Shown piece after piece: positions 22,037 through 32,459 of a stretch of DNA of 64,000 nucleotides. Numbering within the stretch: position 1 is the stretch's first letter; each line of letters begins with the position of its first letter. The translations under genes and the position numbers were made by a program. Origin of the DNA: an uncultured Planctomycetaceae bacterium (lineage in GTDB: Bacteria > Planctomycetota > Planctomycetia > Pirellulales > PALSA-1355); assembly GCA_963785305.1 (NCBI GenBank), contig CAWAUV010000007.1:1184001-1248000 (forward strand), given 5' to 3'. The notes under the pieces were generated by a model. The model was not told where the DNA came from. It saw only the letters and a program-made list of their open reading frames with translations, and searched no databases.

Positions 22037-22993
22037 ATGCCGGGCTTTCATATTCACATTTCGGCGAGCACGATGCTCGGCATTGGCTACGGCGCCGCGG
22101 CCTTCACGCTTTACGATGTGCCGCTGCCCACCGCGGCGCTGGCCACCACCTTGTGCAGCGTCGCCGGCATGCTCCCCGACCTGGATAGTGGGCCGGGCCG
22201 GCCGATGCACGAAAGCATCGCGGCGGCGGCGGCGGCGATTCCGATGATGCTCGTCGATCGGATGCGCAGCTGGGGCTGGACCCATGAGTCGATGATCTTG
22301 GCCGGCGCGGGCATCTATCTCTTCGTGCGGTTCGGCATCGGGCACATGCTCAAACACTGGACCGTGCATCGCGGCATCTTCCATAGTTTTCCCGTGGCGC
22401 TGATCTTCACGGAGCTCGCATTCCTGATCTGCAGCAGCGGCGACTTGCACTCGCGCTATTTCAAGAGCGCCGCGATCTCGATCGGCTTCTTGTCGCATTT
22501 GATTCTCGACGAGATTTGGAGCATCGACTTCCGCCATGCCCGGCTTAAAAGCTCATTTGGCACGGCGCTCAAGTTCTGGTGTCCGTGCTGGTGGTCGAAT
22601 TCGGTCGCCTACGCGCTCACGGTCGGCGCGACCTTGCTCACGCTCAACGACCCGATTTGGGTCAACTCCGGCAAGGAGGGCGAGAGGATGCACATGGTCG
22701 CCACGACATTGATGGATCACCTGGGCGGCGTCGAGGGCGTGGCTCAAACACTCAACAGCGACTTCTCGGCCGACATGACCAATAGCGGCGCCCTGGGGCA
22801 AGACGCCACGGTCGACGGCATCGCGCGATTCGTCGAGCGGAAGATTTTTCATTACACGCCGCCCACAAACGCGCCCGGCGCCGCGCCGGCGGCAAACAAC
22901 GCGAACGTGAACAACGCCAGTGGCGCCAGCAACGCTTGGCCCCAGCAGCCCGCCGGCGGCGCGTATCCCCAACCGAGCGGCGGAATGCGGTAG
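22037..22993 (+). CDS. membrane-bound metal-dependent hydrolase (YdjM-like)
   Basis: FHIH, LPDLD, HRGIFHS, SHLILD motifs. Confidence 0.85.
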   Translation: MPGFHIHISASTMLGIGYGAAAFTLYDVPLPTAALATTLCSVAGMLPDLDSGPGRPMHESIAAAAAAIPMMLVDRMRSWGWTHESMILAGAGIYLFVRFGIGHMLKHWTVHRGIFHSFPVALIFTELAFLICSSGDLHSRYFKSAAISIGFLSHLILDEIWSIDFRHARLKSSFGTALKFWCPCWWSNSVAYALTVGATLLTLNDPIWVNSGKEGERMHMVATTLMDHLGGVEGVAQTLNSDFSADMTNSGALGQDATVDGIARFVERKIFHYTPPTNAPGAAPAANNANVNNASGASNAWPQQPAGGAYPQPSGGMR

Positions 22994-23001
22994 CGCGTTT
23001 C

Positions 23002-23452
23002 TCACGTCCGCCAATCGGCCGTGTCAAGCAGCAGGGTAACTGGCCCATCGTTCACCAGGGCCACGCACATGTGTTGTCGGAACCGTCCGGTCGCGACCGG
23101 CGCTCCAGCGGCGCGCAATCGCGCGACGAACTGTTCGTAAAGCCGCTCGGCAAGCTCGGGAATCGCGGCCGCGGCATAGCTGGGGCGCCGGCCCTTGCGC
23201 ATCGCCCAGCAGGGTGAACTGACTCACGACCAGCACGGCGCCCGCGACATCGGCCAGGGCCAAGTTCATCTTGCCTTCGGCATCGTCGAAAATCCGCAGC
23301 CCGGCGATCTTGTCTGCCAACCGCTCGGCCGCGGCGGTGTCGTCGTCGGCGGCCACCCCGAGCAGGATCAGCAGTCCGCGGCCGATTTCAGCGCACCGCT
23401 CCCCGCCCACCGCGACGCTGGCCTCGCTCACCCGTTGAACGCACGCAATCAT
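23002..23452 (-). CDS. dtd: D-aminoacyl-tRNA deacylase; frameshift near 23200
   Basis: [38 protein letters not shown]. Confidence 0.93.
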
Positions 23453-23593
23453 CGAAAGTCTCGGCGCGATCGAAAAAAGGCGCGGGACGCCACCCGGGGG
23501 TATTTGGCCGCAAATGCCGGGCGGGATTGTCACCGCCCGCGCCCCACGCGATACTTGCGACTTCCCATTTTAGCGGCCCGCGCGGTTCGACGC

Positions 23594-24658
23594 ATGACCC
23601 TCGTGATTCTTCTAACGCTTTACTGCCTCGCGATCGTGGTCGCGTCGCTCGTCGGCGGCTATTTGCCGCTCGTCGTGCGGCTGACGCATCGGCATTTGGA
23701 AATGGCGATCAGCTTTGTCTCGGGCGTGATTCTCGGGGTCGGGCTGTTGCACTTGCTGCCTCACGCGGCCGAGGCGTTGCACGGAGTGGAACCGGCCATG
23801 GCCTGGATGCTGGGCGGCTTTCTGCTCATGTTTTTCCTGGATCGCTTCTTTCATTTCCATCTCCATGAAGCCCCGGCGAAGAGCGACCCGCTGGGCGCGC
23901 CCGGCGACGAACCAGCGATTCATTGCCATCATGGTCCCGAAGGCCATGTTCATGATCTCGGGCGCCCTGGCGAATTTGCCCATGATAGCGCCCATGCGGA
24001 CGAAGCGGCGTCGTGCGGGGCGGGCCACTCGGGGCATGCGTCGCTTCGGCATGCCACCTTTTCTTGGAGCGGGGCCGCGGTGGGCATGACGATCCACAGC
24101 GTGGTCGAGGGCATCGCGCTCGCGGCGGCGGTCGACGCCGAATTTCAATCCGATGCTTCGCTGCGGATCGCGGGTCTGGGAACCTTCCTGGCGATCGTGC
24201 TCCACAAGCCGCTCGATTCGCTCACGGTCGGCACTCTCATGGCCGCCACGGCCAATACCCGGTGGCGCTGCAATATCGTCAATCTGTTTTTCGCATTGGC
24301 GGCGCCGTGCGGGGTGATTGCGTTTTATGCGTTTGCCCTCCATTCGGCCGACGACGATTCGCGAGTGCTCGGTCCGGCGCTTGCGTTCGCGGCCGGCGCG
24401 TTTGTTTGCATTGCTTCGAGCGATCTCTTGCCGGAGCTTCATTTTCACAGCCACGACCGAGTGAAACTTTCAATGTGTCTCCTGCTCGGCGTGGCGCTGG
24501 CGGTGCTGCTGATGTTTGTCGAGCCGCACGACCACGCGCACGCCCTCGACGCCGCGGCGCCCCACTCGCAACATCCCCATGACCACGGCCTCCACGACGC
24601 GCATTCAGACGCCCCACGGTCTCACGACCACGAAGCCCTCCCGGCCGCATCCCAATAA
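23594..24658 (+). CDS. ZIP family metal transporter
   Basis: LLHLLPHA, HSVVEG, HKPLD, His-rich loop and tail. Confidence 0.9.
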   Translation: MTLVILLTLYCLAIVVASLVGGYLPLVVRLTHRHLEMAISFVSGVILGVGLLHLLPHAAEALHGVEPAMAWMLGGFLLMFFLDRFFHFHLHEAPAKSDPLGAPGDEPAIHCHHGPEGHVHDLGRPGEFAHDSAHADEAASCGAGHSGHASLRHATFSWSGAAVGMTIHSVVEGIALAAAVDAEFQSDASLRIAGLGTFLAIVLHKPLDSLTVGTLMAATANTRWRCNIVNLFFALAAPCGVIAFYAFALHSADDDSRVLGPALAFAAGAFVCIASSDLLPELHFHSHDRVKLSMCLLLGVALAVLLMFVEPHDHAHALDAAAPHSQHPHDHGLHDAHSDAPRSHDHEALPAASQ

Positions 24659-24680
24659 CGCGGCAAACCCAAGCGCTGCC

Positions 24681-24856
24681 CGCCGTGTCGCGCCGTGTCG
24701 CGCCGCGTCGCGCCGCGTCGTGTCGTCTTGCGTTGTTCCCTCTTCTGTCTTCTTCGTGTCTTCGTGCCTTCGTGGTAATTTCCGCCGCCCGTGTCCGCTT
24801 CGCGTCGTTCGCGTCGTTCTTCTTTTGCTCGTCGTGCCGTCGTGTCCGTCGTGGTG
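24681..24856. repeat. low-complexity short-period repeats (CGCCGTGTCG-like 10-mers, CTTCGTG-like units)
   Basis: Visible tandem units between the ZIP gene and pdxA. Confidence 0.6.
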
Positions 24857-25035
24857 ATTATTTCCTATTTCTTCTTCCGTTCCTCTCCCCTTGCCCTGCT
24901 CTCGCCCAAGGCCCCTCACCCTGCCCTTTCCCAGAGTGCGAGGAGTTCGCGAGCCGGGGCGCGAGAAATTGCGTCCGATGGGTTCATGCCCCCCTGCCCT
25001 GCCCCGGCGGGTTCGCGGTGGCTATAATTCCTCCC

Positions 25036-26099
25036 ATGCACAACCACTCGCGACCTTTGTTGGCGCTCACGCTTGGCGATCCGGCCGGGGTTGGGCCGGA
25101 GACTATTGTCGGGGCTTGGTCCGATCCGGCGCTGCTGGCTTGCTGCCGGCCGGTGGTGATCGGGCATGTCGGCGTGCTGCGGCGGGCAATGCAACTGATC
25201 GGCTTTCGCGGCGAACGCGCGAGGTCGGCATCGTGGAAGATGCCCGGCCGGCGCCCGATTGCATCCCCTGCCTGACCGGCGCGCCGGCCTGCGCACTCGA
25301 GGCGCCGCCTGGCAAGATCGATGCACGCGGCGGTGAAGCGGCTTATCAAGCCTTGCGCACGGCGGCGGAGCTCGCCCTGACTGGGCGGATCGATGGCCTC
25401 GTGACCGCTCCGCTGCACAAGGCGGCTCTTTGGCAGGCGGGCCATCATTATCCCGGCCACACGGAATTGCTCGCCGAACTCTCGGGCGTTCGTGATTTCG
25501 CGATGATGCTCTACCTGGGAGGTGGAGAACAAGTGCGCTCGCCCACGGGTTTGGCGATCGTGCATGTCACGTTGCACATGGCGCTGCGCGATGTGTTTGC
25601 CTCGCTCACCACCGAAGCGGTGCTGGTCAAGCAGCGACTGGCCCGCGATGTAATGCTGCGGCTCAAGGGCTCGGAGCCGCGCGTGGGCGTGGCGGCGCTG
25701 AATCCCCATGGCGGCGAAGAGGGGCTGTTCGGCGATGAGGAGGCGCGAATCATTCGCCCGGCGGTCGAACTCGCGCGCCGCGAGGGCATCGACGCGCACG
25801 GCCCCCTGCCGGCCGACACCTTGATCGCCAACGCGCGCAATGGCGCGTTCGACGCCGTGGTGGCCATGTATCACGATCAGGGGCACATCGCCATCAAGCT
25901 GCTAGCGATGCACCGGGCGGTGAATGTGACCCTGGGCCTGCCGATCGTGCGCACCAGCGTGGCGCATGGCACGGCGTTTGACTTGGCGTGGCAAGGTCGG
26001 GCCGAAACGACGGGGCTCATTGAGGCGGCGCGAGTGGCGGCCCGGCTGGCGGGAATGCGGGCCCTGCCCCGCGGCGACATGGCGGGGATCGCGGGCTAG
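25036..26099 (+). CDS. pdxA: 4-hydroxythreonine-4-phosphate dehydrogenase; frameshift near 25215
   Basis: GDPAGVGPE, PGHTE, LNPHGGE, AMYHDQG, RTSVAHGTAFD. Confidence 0.93.
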
Positions 26100-26130
26100 C
26101 AGCCTGTTGATTATTTCAACAGCCTACTAG
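26096..26130. repeat. 35 bp palindrome CTAGCAGCCTGTTGATTATTTCAACAGCCTACTAG
   Basis: CTAG at both ends, each containing the TAG stop of a convergent gene (pdxA and P-II). Confidence 0.75.
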
Positions 26131-26474
26131 ATCGCCTCGCTGCCGCGCTCGCCGGTGCGGATGCGAATGCAGTCGTCCATCGGCAGCACGAAGATTTTGC
26201 CGTCGCCGATCTCGCCCTGCTTGCCGGTGCGGCCGCCTTTGATGATGGCGTTGATCGTCGGCTCGACGAAGGCGTCGTTCACGGCGATCTGGAGCTGCAC
26301 TTTCCGGAGCAGGTTCACCGAAATCTCGTGGCCGCGATAGACCTCGGTGTGTCCCTTTTGCCGGCCGAATCCCTGTACATCCATCACCGTGAGCCGAACG
26401 ACTTCCACTTCGGTGAGCGCCGTCTTGACGGCTTCGAGCCGAGTCGGCTGGATGATCGCGATAATCAACTTCAC
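26127..26474 (-). CDS. P-II nitrogen regulator (GlnB/GlnK family), paralog 1
   Basis: [15 protein letters not shown]-loop, IGDGKIFV, RIRTGE. Confidence 0.95.
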   Translation of the reverse strand: MKLIIAIIQPTRLEAVKTALTEVEVVRLTVMDVQGFGRQKGHTEVYRGHEISVNLLRKVQLQIAVNDAFVEPTINAIIKGGRTGKQGEIGDGKIFVLPMDDCIRIRTGERGSEAI

Positions 26475-26594
26475 GAACCAAGACTCCGCCGAGGAATGGA
26501 ACAGGACCGCAACAAGATCAACATTACTCTAACCGCGAGCTTGGCGGCTCGCAACCGGCGGCGCTGGGTCCGGAAAGAGTTTGGATCAAAGCAT

Positions 26595-26648
26595 AAAAAA
26601 AGCCCCGGCTTGGGTAGGCTAGGCGGAGCACCTACCCAAGCCGCGGGA
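26595..26648 (-). terminator. intrinsic terminator ~120 nt upstream of the P-II start
   Basis: 13 bp perfect stem CGGCTTGGGTAGG/CCTACCCAAGCCG followed by T7 on the minus strand. Confidence 0.8.
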
Positions 26649-27006
26649 CATCCTTCGGGCCCAGGCAAGAGCCGAAGTTTCGTGAAAATCGCTGAAGCGG
26701 CGCTACGCGGATCGCGGGGGGAGACGGGGGCGCCACGAGTTGCCGCTGGCACAAGCGGTCAATGAAGTCCGGCAGAGAGAAACCCCAGAACTCTCTCTGA
26801 CGATCAACTCGTGACGCCCCGTACTCGTTCCCACCCTCCACACACAACGTGCACCGCGTTGTGATTGACTATGTATGCAGCTCGCGCCGTCTGAATCTCA
26901 ATCCCAGGCGACGCCAGCATTGCTAGCACAATTCCGCAACGGTCATCTACTTTTCCGTGTCACTTGCCGGGCCGTGTTACCGAGCCCGCCGTGGTGTTCC
27001 GTTGAA
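26595..27006 (-). ncRNA. candidate structured sRNA or attenuated 5' leader
   Basis: Lies between a sigma54-like promoter and a terminator; nested stems at 26724-26822 and 26843-26863; no convincing ORF. Confidence 0.45.
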
Positions 27007-27018
27007 ACACGTTGCATT

Positions 27019-27033
27019 GCAAGACGCATGCCA
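27019..27033 (-). promoter_or_regulatory. sigma54 (-24/-12) promoter
   Basis: TGGCATGCGTCTTGC: 1 mismatch to TGGCACG-N4-TTGC, exact GG-N10-GC spacing. Confidence 0.7.
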
Positions 27034-27153
27034 AGCAAGCCGCGGCAAGCGAGGTTCGGCGCCGGGAGATGTAAAATAGGCTTAAAAACTGCCTGAAACC
27101 TCGAGAGAATTTTTTGCGACCGCCCTGCCCTGCCCTGCCGCCGGTTGGGCTCC

Positions 27154-27170
27154 TGCCCAGAAAAAACGCA
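27154..27170. promoter_or_regulatory. NtrC-like enhancer site
   Basis: TGCCCAGAAAAAACGCA = TGC-N11-GCA with A-rich centre, ~120 bp upstream of the -24 box. Confidence 0.45.
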
Positions 27171-27276
27171 CCGACCGCCGTGGCCGTGGGCAACGATCGC
27201 ATTCACGATCGATCCGATCGCTAACTTCGAGATAAGTAGCTCGTTCGGCGTGCCCAGCCGGCGCATTTAAGGCGGC

Positions 27277-27315
27277 AAAAAAATGGGCTACCGCTCCAAG
27301 TGGAGAGATAGCCCA
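27277..27315 (-). terminator. intrinsic terminator downstream of 27455-27848
   Basis: TGGGCTATCTCTCCACTTGGAGCGGTAGCCCA followed by T7. Confidence 0.75.
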
Positions 27316-27454
27316 AGATGAATTTCCAACTCAGGTTCCCAAGTTCGACCAGAGACCGCGGCGAGCCGCCTTCAGGCCGCGAGCTCTAGTCTACTTGCCT
27401 GGGACCCTGACTCCTCGGCGAAAAACCCGAGGCACGGCCAATCGCGCGAGGCGA

Positions 27455-27848
27455 TTAGTAGTTGCCCAAGGCTCTGGCCGCGGCCGGACGTTGACCGAAC
27501 GTGAACATCACCTGACCGGGACGATAAGCAGCCGTGCCGCTATAGGCCCGGGCCGCCGAGTCTTCATACGCCGTGAATCCCGGCGGGAAGCTGCTCGGGC
27601 CATAGGAATAGGCCCGACCTCTCGGCGCCGCATACACGCCCTGCGCTCGCGTTGCGCGGCGCTACCGAATAATCGCGCTGACCGGACACGGGGGCTCGGG
27701 CCATCGCCGCGTCGGGCGTGGCATGCGGAGCGCCGGCGACAGCCACTTGGCCACCACCGCAGCAATTGCAATCGCCGGCCCATGCCATGTTTTGACCCGC
27801 CAACAGAAACGCGCCCGCAAATGCGGACATCCAAAGAACCTTACTCAT
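27455..27848 (-). CDS. small secreted hypothetical protein; frameshift near 27640
   Basis: Signal peptide, DCNCC, Tyr/Ala-rich tail ending ALGNY. Confidence 0.55.
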
Positions 27849-28275
27849 GAGACACCGCCCTTTCGAAAGAAGTGAGACCTTGCCTGGACCCGCTTCTATT
27901 TTACCGCGCGGGCTTGGATCAAGCAAAGTTCGACTTTTTAATGTTGCATATCGTCGGCGATTCCCCCGGAGAGTGGGGGCTCAACGTCGCGAGGCAACTG
28001 GCAATTCGGCGAACTTAAGCCATGTGGCGAATGGCAGTTGCGGCGAGAGCTCTTTGGAAATGGGCGCCGGCCCAGCGGTTTGGACCTCGGCCAGACTTAC
28101 GCGAAAGAAATCTTCGCGGCTCAATGGACAACGTCCGGCGACGCCGCCCTGGGTTGCAGGTTGGCGCCGCCGGACGTGAGAGGGTTTCTCGATGTCGAGC
28201 CGCAGTGGCTTCAAGGAATCGCGAGGGGCGGGACGTTGTCGGCCCGAATCGCGAGTTGAACCCACGAGCGAGTTA

Positions 28276-29879
28276 CTAGAACAGGATCACGTAGTCGCCA
28301 CCGTAGATGAACTGGTGGTTCTTCAAGCCGCCATCATACGGGGCGCCACCGCTCGCCGAGCCGGCCGCGGCCGAATAGCCCGGGTTGTTGAAGGCGCTTT
28401 GCGATCCTTGGAACCAGTCGAAGCGAATCATCGGACGCAGCACGCCGTTGGCGTTGGGCTTCCAGTTGGCGCCGAGCGTGATTTCGTAGAACGTGCCGTT
28501 GTAGCCGGCGCGGTTGTCAGACAAGCCGCGGAGCGAGCCATTCGGCGTGTAGCTCTCGAAACCACCGACGCGGAAACCTTCTTCATCGCGGAACCATTCG
28601 CCGCGAAGACCCCAGGTCCAGGTGTCGCTGACCTTGTAGAACAAGTACTGGTTCATGCCGTAGTACTTGGCGCTGCGGTCGTTGACCAAGGCTTGGGTCT
28701 GGTAGCCGAAGTCGGTTTGATACACATAGTTCAGCTTGCTGCTGATGCGGCTCAACGGCCGGCTGTAGACGTTCGTTTGCAAGTAACGCATCGAGTGGGC
28801 GTTGTTCGTGCCCTGGCCGAAGCCGTTTTCGATGTTCACGTTGTTGTTCTGGTTCGGTTCGCGGCTGAGCACTTGCACGATCGCCAAGCTCGACTTGTCG
28901 TCGAACGTGCGTGTGAGGGTGCCGAGGTAACCGACGCCAGGGTTGTTGTTGCCGAAGTTATCCCAACCACGCATGATGCCGGCGCCGACGGTCAATTTTT
29001 CATTGACGGTCCATGTGGCCAAAGCGCCGGTGTGAGTAAACGGTTCGCCGTATTGGAAGGTATAAGGCAGGGTCGTGAAGAAGTTGCCGACCGTTTGCAC
29101 ACCTTCGTAACCGACCGGGCTATAGAAGTGCCCGACTTTGACCTTCAGGTTGTTCCGGGCGATTTCGCCGTAGAACTGGGTGAAGGCGGCGCCGTAGAAC
29201 CGCTCGGTGCTGACCTTGGGGTTCGTGAACTGGGTGCGGGTTTCCAGGTTCGACTCCGTGTTGAAGCGATAGTCGGTGCCCAGCATCACGTCGGCCCGTC
29301 CGCCGAAGTCCCAACCATAGCCGTTGGTGTTGGTCGGACGTTCGATATAGGTCAGGAACTGGTTGATCTGGAATTCATTGGCCCGATCGGTCCAGGTCAA
29401 CGGACCGTTGAAGCGGTCCGACGGGATTCTGGGGGTTGGCCGTGAAGCTTTGGGCCGAATAGCCGGCAATGTTGATATTGCGGCACTTCAGACCTTCGCA
29501 ATCGAAGAGTTTCCAGGGATCGGTCAGTTTGCAGCAAGGATCGAAAGGACCGCCGATGCAGTGCCCTTCGGGACAATCGTCGCTGCATTCCGAGCACTCG
29601 CCGGCGGGCGCCGCCGCACAGGCGGGAGCGCAAGCCGGAGCGCATGCCGTGCCGCTGGCGGGCGCGGCGGTCTCGGGAGCGGCCGCCGCCGGAGCGGGCG
29701 CGGGCGCCACGTCGCTGGGCGACGGAGGCGAGTCTTCTTGCGAATAGTAGCTGCTGTACTCGAACGCCGTGCGCTGCACGGCGCCCGATTGCTGCTGCGC
29801 CCCGGTCTGCGCGAAAGCGACTTCCGGCGCCGAGGGCGCTGCAGAGGGCGCTCATGAGCGTCCACTTGGAAAGTTTCAT
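28276..29879 (-). CDS. outer-membrane beta-barrel porin (BBP2-like); frameshifts near 29420 and 29800
   Basis: Signal peptide, KVGHFYSPVGYE, YGEPFTHTG, GLRGEWFRD, terminal F. Confidence 0.8.
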
Positions 29880-30322
29880 AATCCTTTACTCCATCCTTGA
29901 CGCGTGGCTCGTAGGTTCCGTCACTACCGCCTGGACAACGATAAGACACCAATGGCAAACGGATCGCGCGAACGCCGCCCTTAAAACGTCGCACAATCTG
30001 CTCAACCACGATTGCTATCGACCGGTGTCTCAAAACGAGTTGACGGTAAAGGCGGCCCGCCGAGCCGCCGCGCGTCGAATCGGCTCGTTTTTTGGTAAAA
30101 GGCGCCGGCTACGCAAAGACTCAGCCCCCGCTTTTCACGGGCGCCCGGGCTGGCGATTCCGTAAGCCCGCGCCCGGCCGATCGAAAAAAGCGGCGCCATC
30201 TCGCTCTTTGGAACTCCCCTCGCGCGGCAAACCCGGGGAAATAACCCGACTTTGCGGGCTCGAATGCACGCGGCCCACGCCCACGCGCCGACTGCGGAGA
30301 AGTCGAATAATTCGACAGGCTG

Positions 30323-31255
30323 TCAGGCCGGGGCCGCCGCCATTTCGGCGAAGAGGGCGTCGACGAATTCGTCGGGCCGAAAGGGCGCCAAGTCCCCGAG
30401 CTGCTCGCCCACGCCCACATACTTCACCGGCAGTCCCACTTGACGGCGAATGGCCACCACCACGCCGCCTTTGGCGGTGCCATCGAGCTTGGCGAGCACA
30501 ATGCCGGTGCAAGGCGCCGCGGCGGTGAAGTGCTTGGCCTGGCTGATGCCGTTTTGTCCCGTGGTGGCGTCGAGCACCAGGAGCGCTTCGTGCGGCGCCT
30601 CGGGAATCTGCTTCGAGAGCACCCGATGAATCTTGGTGAGTTGCTGCATGAGGTTTTGTTGGGTTTGCAGCCGGCCGGCGGTGTCGACGATACAGACATC
30701 GGCCCCCGCTTCGATCGCCCGCGCCACCGCGCGATGCGCCACGCTGGCCGGATCGCTGCCCGGAGGTCCCGACACGATCTCGACGCCCAGCCGCCCGGCC
30801 CAGATCGTGAGTTGCTCGACTGCGGCGGCGCGAAAGGTGTCGGCGGCGCCCAGCACTACTTTCTTCTTGTCGGCGACGAGCATATGCGCGAGTTTGGCGA
30901 TCGAGGTGGTTTTGCCGGCGCCGTTGACTCCGGAAACAAGGATGACCGTCGGCCCCGAGCTCGCGAACCGTAGCGGCGAATCCTCCTGCGCCAGCAGTGC
31001 CTTGAGCTTCTGCTTCACATGCGCGAGCACTTCGGCCATGTGGACGACCCGGGCCCGATAGGCGACGCGAATCTCGTCGACGATTTCGTTGGCGGTTTGC
31101 ACTCCCATGTCGGTGTGGATCAGCGCGGCGGTGAGCTCTTCGAGAAAGGCGTCGTCGACCAGACGGCCTTCGGAGCGGAACAGATCGCGGATGTCGGTAT
31201 TCAGCAGCCGGGCCGTCTTTCGAAGCCCTTGTTTGATCTTATCGAAGAAACCCAT
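30323..31255 (-). CDS. ftsY: SRP receptor FtsY
   Basis: GVNGAGKTTSIAKLA, DTFRAAA, DTAGR, KLDGTAKGG. Confidence 0.97.
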   Translation of the reverse strand: MGFFDKIKQGLRKTARLLNTDIRDLFRSEGRLVDDAFLEELTAALIHTDMGVQTANEIVDEIRVAYRARVVHMAEVLAHVKQKLKALLAQEDSPLRFASSGPTVILVSGVNGAGKTTSIAKLAHMLVADKKKVVLGAADTFRAAAVEQLTIWAGRLGVEIVSGPPGSDPASVAHRAVARAIEAGADVCIVDTAGRLQTQQNLMQQLTKIHRVLSKQIPEAPHEALLVLDATTGQNGISQAKHFTAAAPCTGIVLAKLDGTAKGGVVVAIRRQVGLPVKYVGVGEQLGDLAPFRPDEFVDALFAEMAAAPA

Positions 31256-31306
31256 GCTCACCTACTTAAAGCAATGCGGATTGGCGCGAAAAGGGAGCCC
31301 GCGAGT

Positions 31307-31738
31307 TCAGCCCACGTCGCCCGACGGATGCTCGGGGCTCGCGGCGACCATGCGGTCGAGAATGCCGTTGACGAATTGGGCCGATTGCCGGGCGCCGAAT
31401 CGCTTGGCCAACTCGACCGCTTCGTTGATCGCCACGGGCTTGGGGGTTTCGGTATGACGAATTTCGAAAGCGCCCAGGCGGAGCACGTTGCGATCCGTGG
31501 CGGCCATGCGGCCGAGACTCCAATTGTCGGCCGTGGCGCTGAGCAGCGCGTCGAGCTCCTCGCGGTTGCGGCGCACTCCGGCCACCAGCGATTGGGCGAA
31601 GCCGAGCAATTCCTGATCGCGCAGCCGCGCGCGGAGAAAACGATCCGAGGTGCCCGGATCATGGCTCGGATTCAGATCGTCTTCGTAGAGCACTTGGAGC
31701 GCGGCTTCGCGTGCTCGACTACGTCGGGCCATGAACAT
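31307..31738 (-). CDS. nusB: transcription antitermination factor NusB
   Basis: [41 protein letters not shown]. Confidence 0.96.
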   Translation of the reverse strand: MFMARRSRAREAALQVLYEDDLNPSHDPGTSDRFLRARLRDQELLGFAQSLVAGVRRNREELDALLSATADNWSLGRMAATDRNVLRLGAFEIRHTETPKPVAINEAVELAKRFGARQSAQFVNGILDRMVAASPEHPSGDVG

Positions 31739-31859
31739 TTCCCCCCGAGGACTTCAGTGCCGCTTAAAACAGCGTCTTGCCACTTTCGCGGCGTGACGCG
31801 CGTCTCAAGTAAATTTGCGGAAACCGATCGCGAGCACTCGGGAGAGCCTCGCGCATGCC

Positions 31860-32327
31860 TCACGGCAGCAGTTCCAACAAGCGAATCATTTCCAGCGCGG
31901 CGGTCGCGCATTCGCTGCCCTTGTTCCCCATGGCCCCGCCGGAGCGATGGATCGCCTGCTCGAGCGTGTCGCAGGTGAGCAGGCCGAACAGCAGCGGAGT
32001 TCCGGAGCGCATGGCGATTTCGGTGAGGGCGAGACTCACCGCGCGATTGATATGCCGATCGTGCGAGGTCTCGCCTCGAATCACCGCGCCGAGCGCGATC
32101 ACGGCCCGATACAGCCCGCTCGAAGCCAGGCGATCGGCCACGAGCGGCAGCTCGAAAGCGCCGGGTGTCCAGGCGACATCGATCGCGTCGTCGGCCAGGC
32201 CGTGGCTTGCCAGCGTTTCCACGGCGCCGGCGAGCAGCTTCGTGGTGATCGATTCGTTGTAGCGCGACACGGCGATGCCGATCTTGCCCGCCACGGGGCC
32301 GGTGTCTGGATGAAAGACGTTTGGCAT
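31860..32327 (-). CDS. ribH: 6,7-dimethyl-8-ribityllumazine synthase
   Basis: [22 protein letters not shown]. Confidence 0.95.
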   Translation of the reverse strand: MPNVFHPDTGPVAGKIGIAVSRYNESITTKLLAGAVETLASHGLADDAIDVAWTPGAFELPLVADRLASSGLYRAVIALGAVIRGETSHDRHINRAVSLALTEIAMRSGTPLLFGLLTCDTLEQAIHRSGGAMGNKGSECATAALEMIRLLELLP

Positions 32328-32459
32328 GAAAAGCTCGGCGGGAAAGCCTCGAATTCGCGTCGCGCCGAAACACGCGAGCCATGCCCGATTCTACCACACG
32401 CCATCGCCTGGCGACAGCACACTCCGGCCGCCCCGCCCCAGCCATCGACGCCGCCGGCG

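Noticed and set aside
26595..27006. CsrB-like sRNA or Gln-rich leader peptide in the P-II leader
   Set aside because: GGA motifs are not obviously enriched, and the short ORFs (MTVAELC and a 38 aa ORF) lack regulatory codon runs
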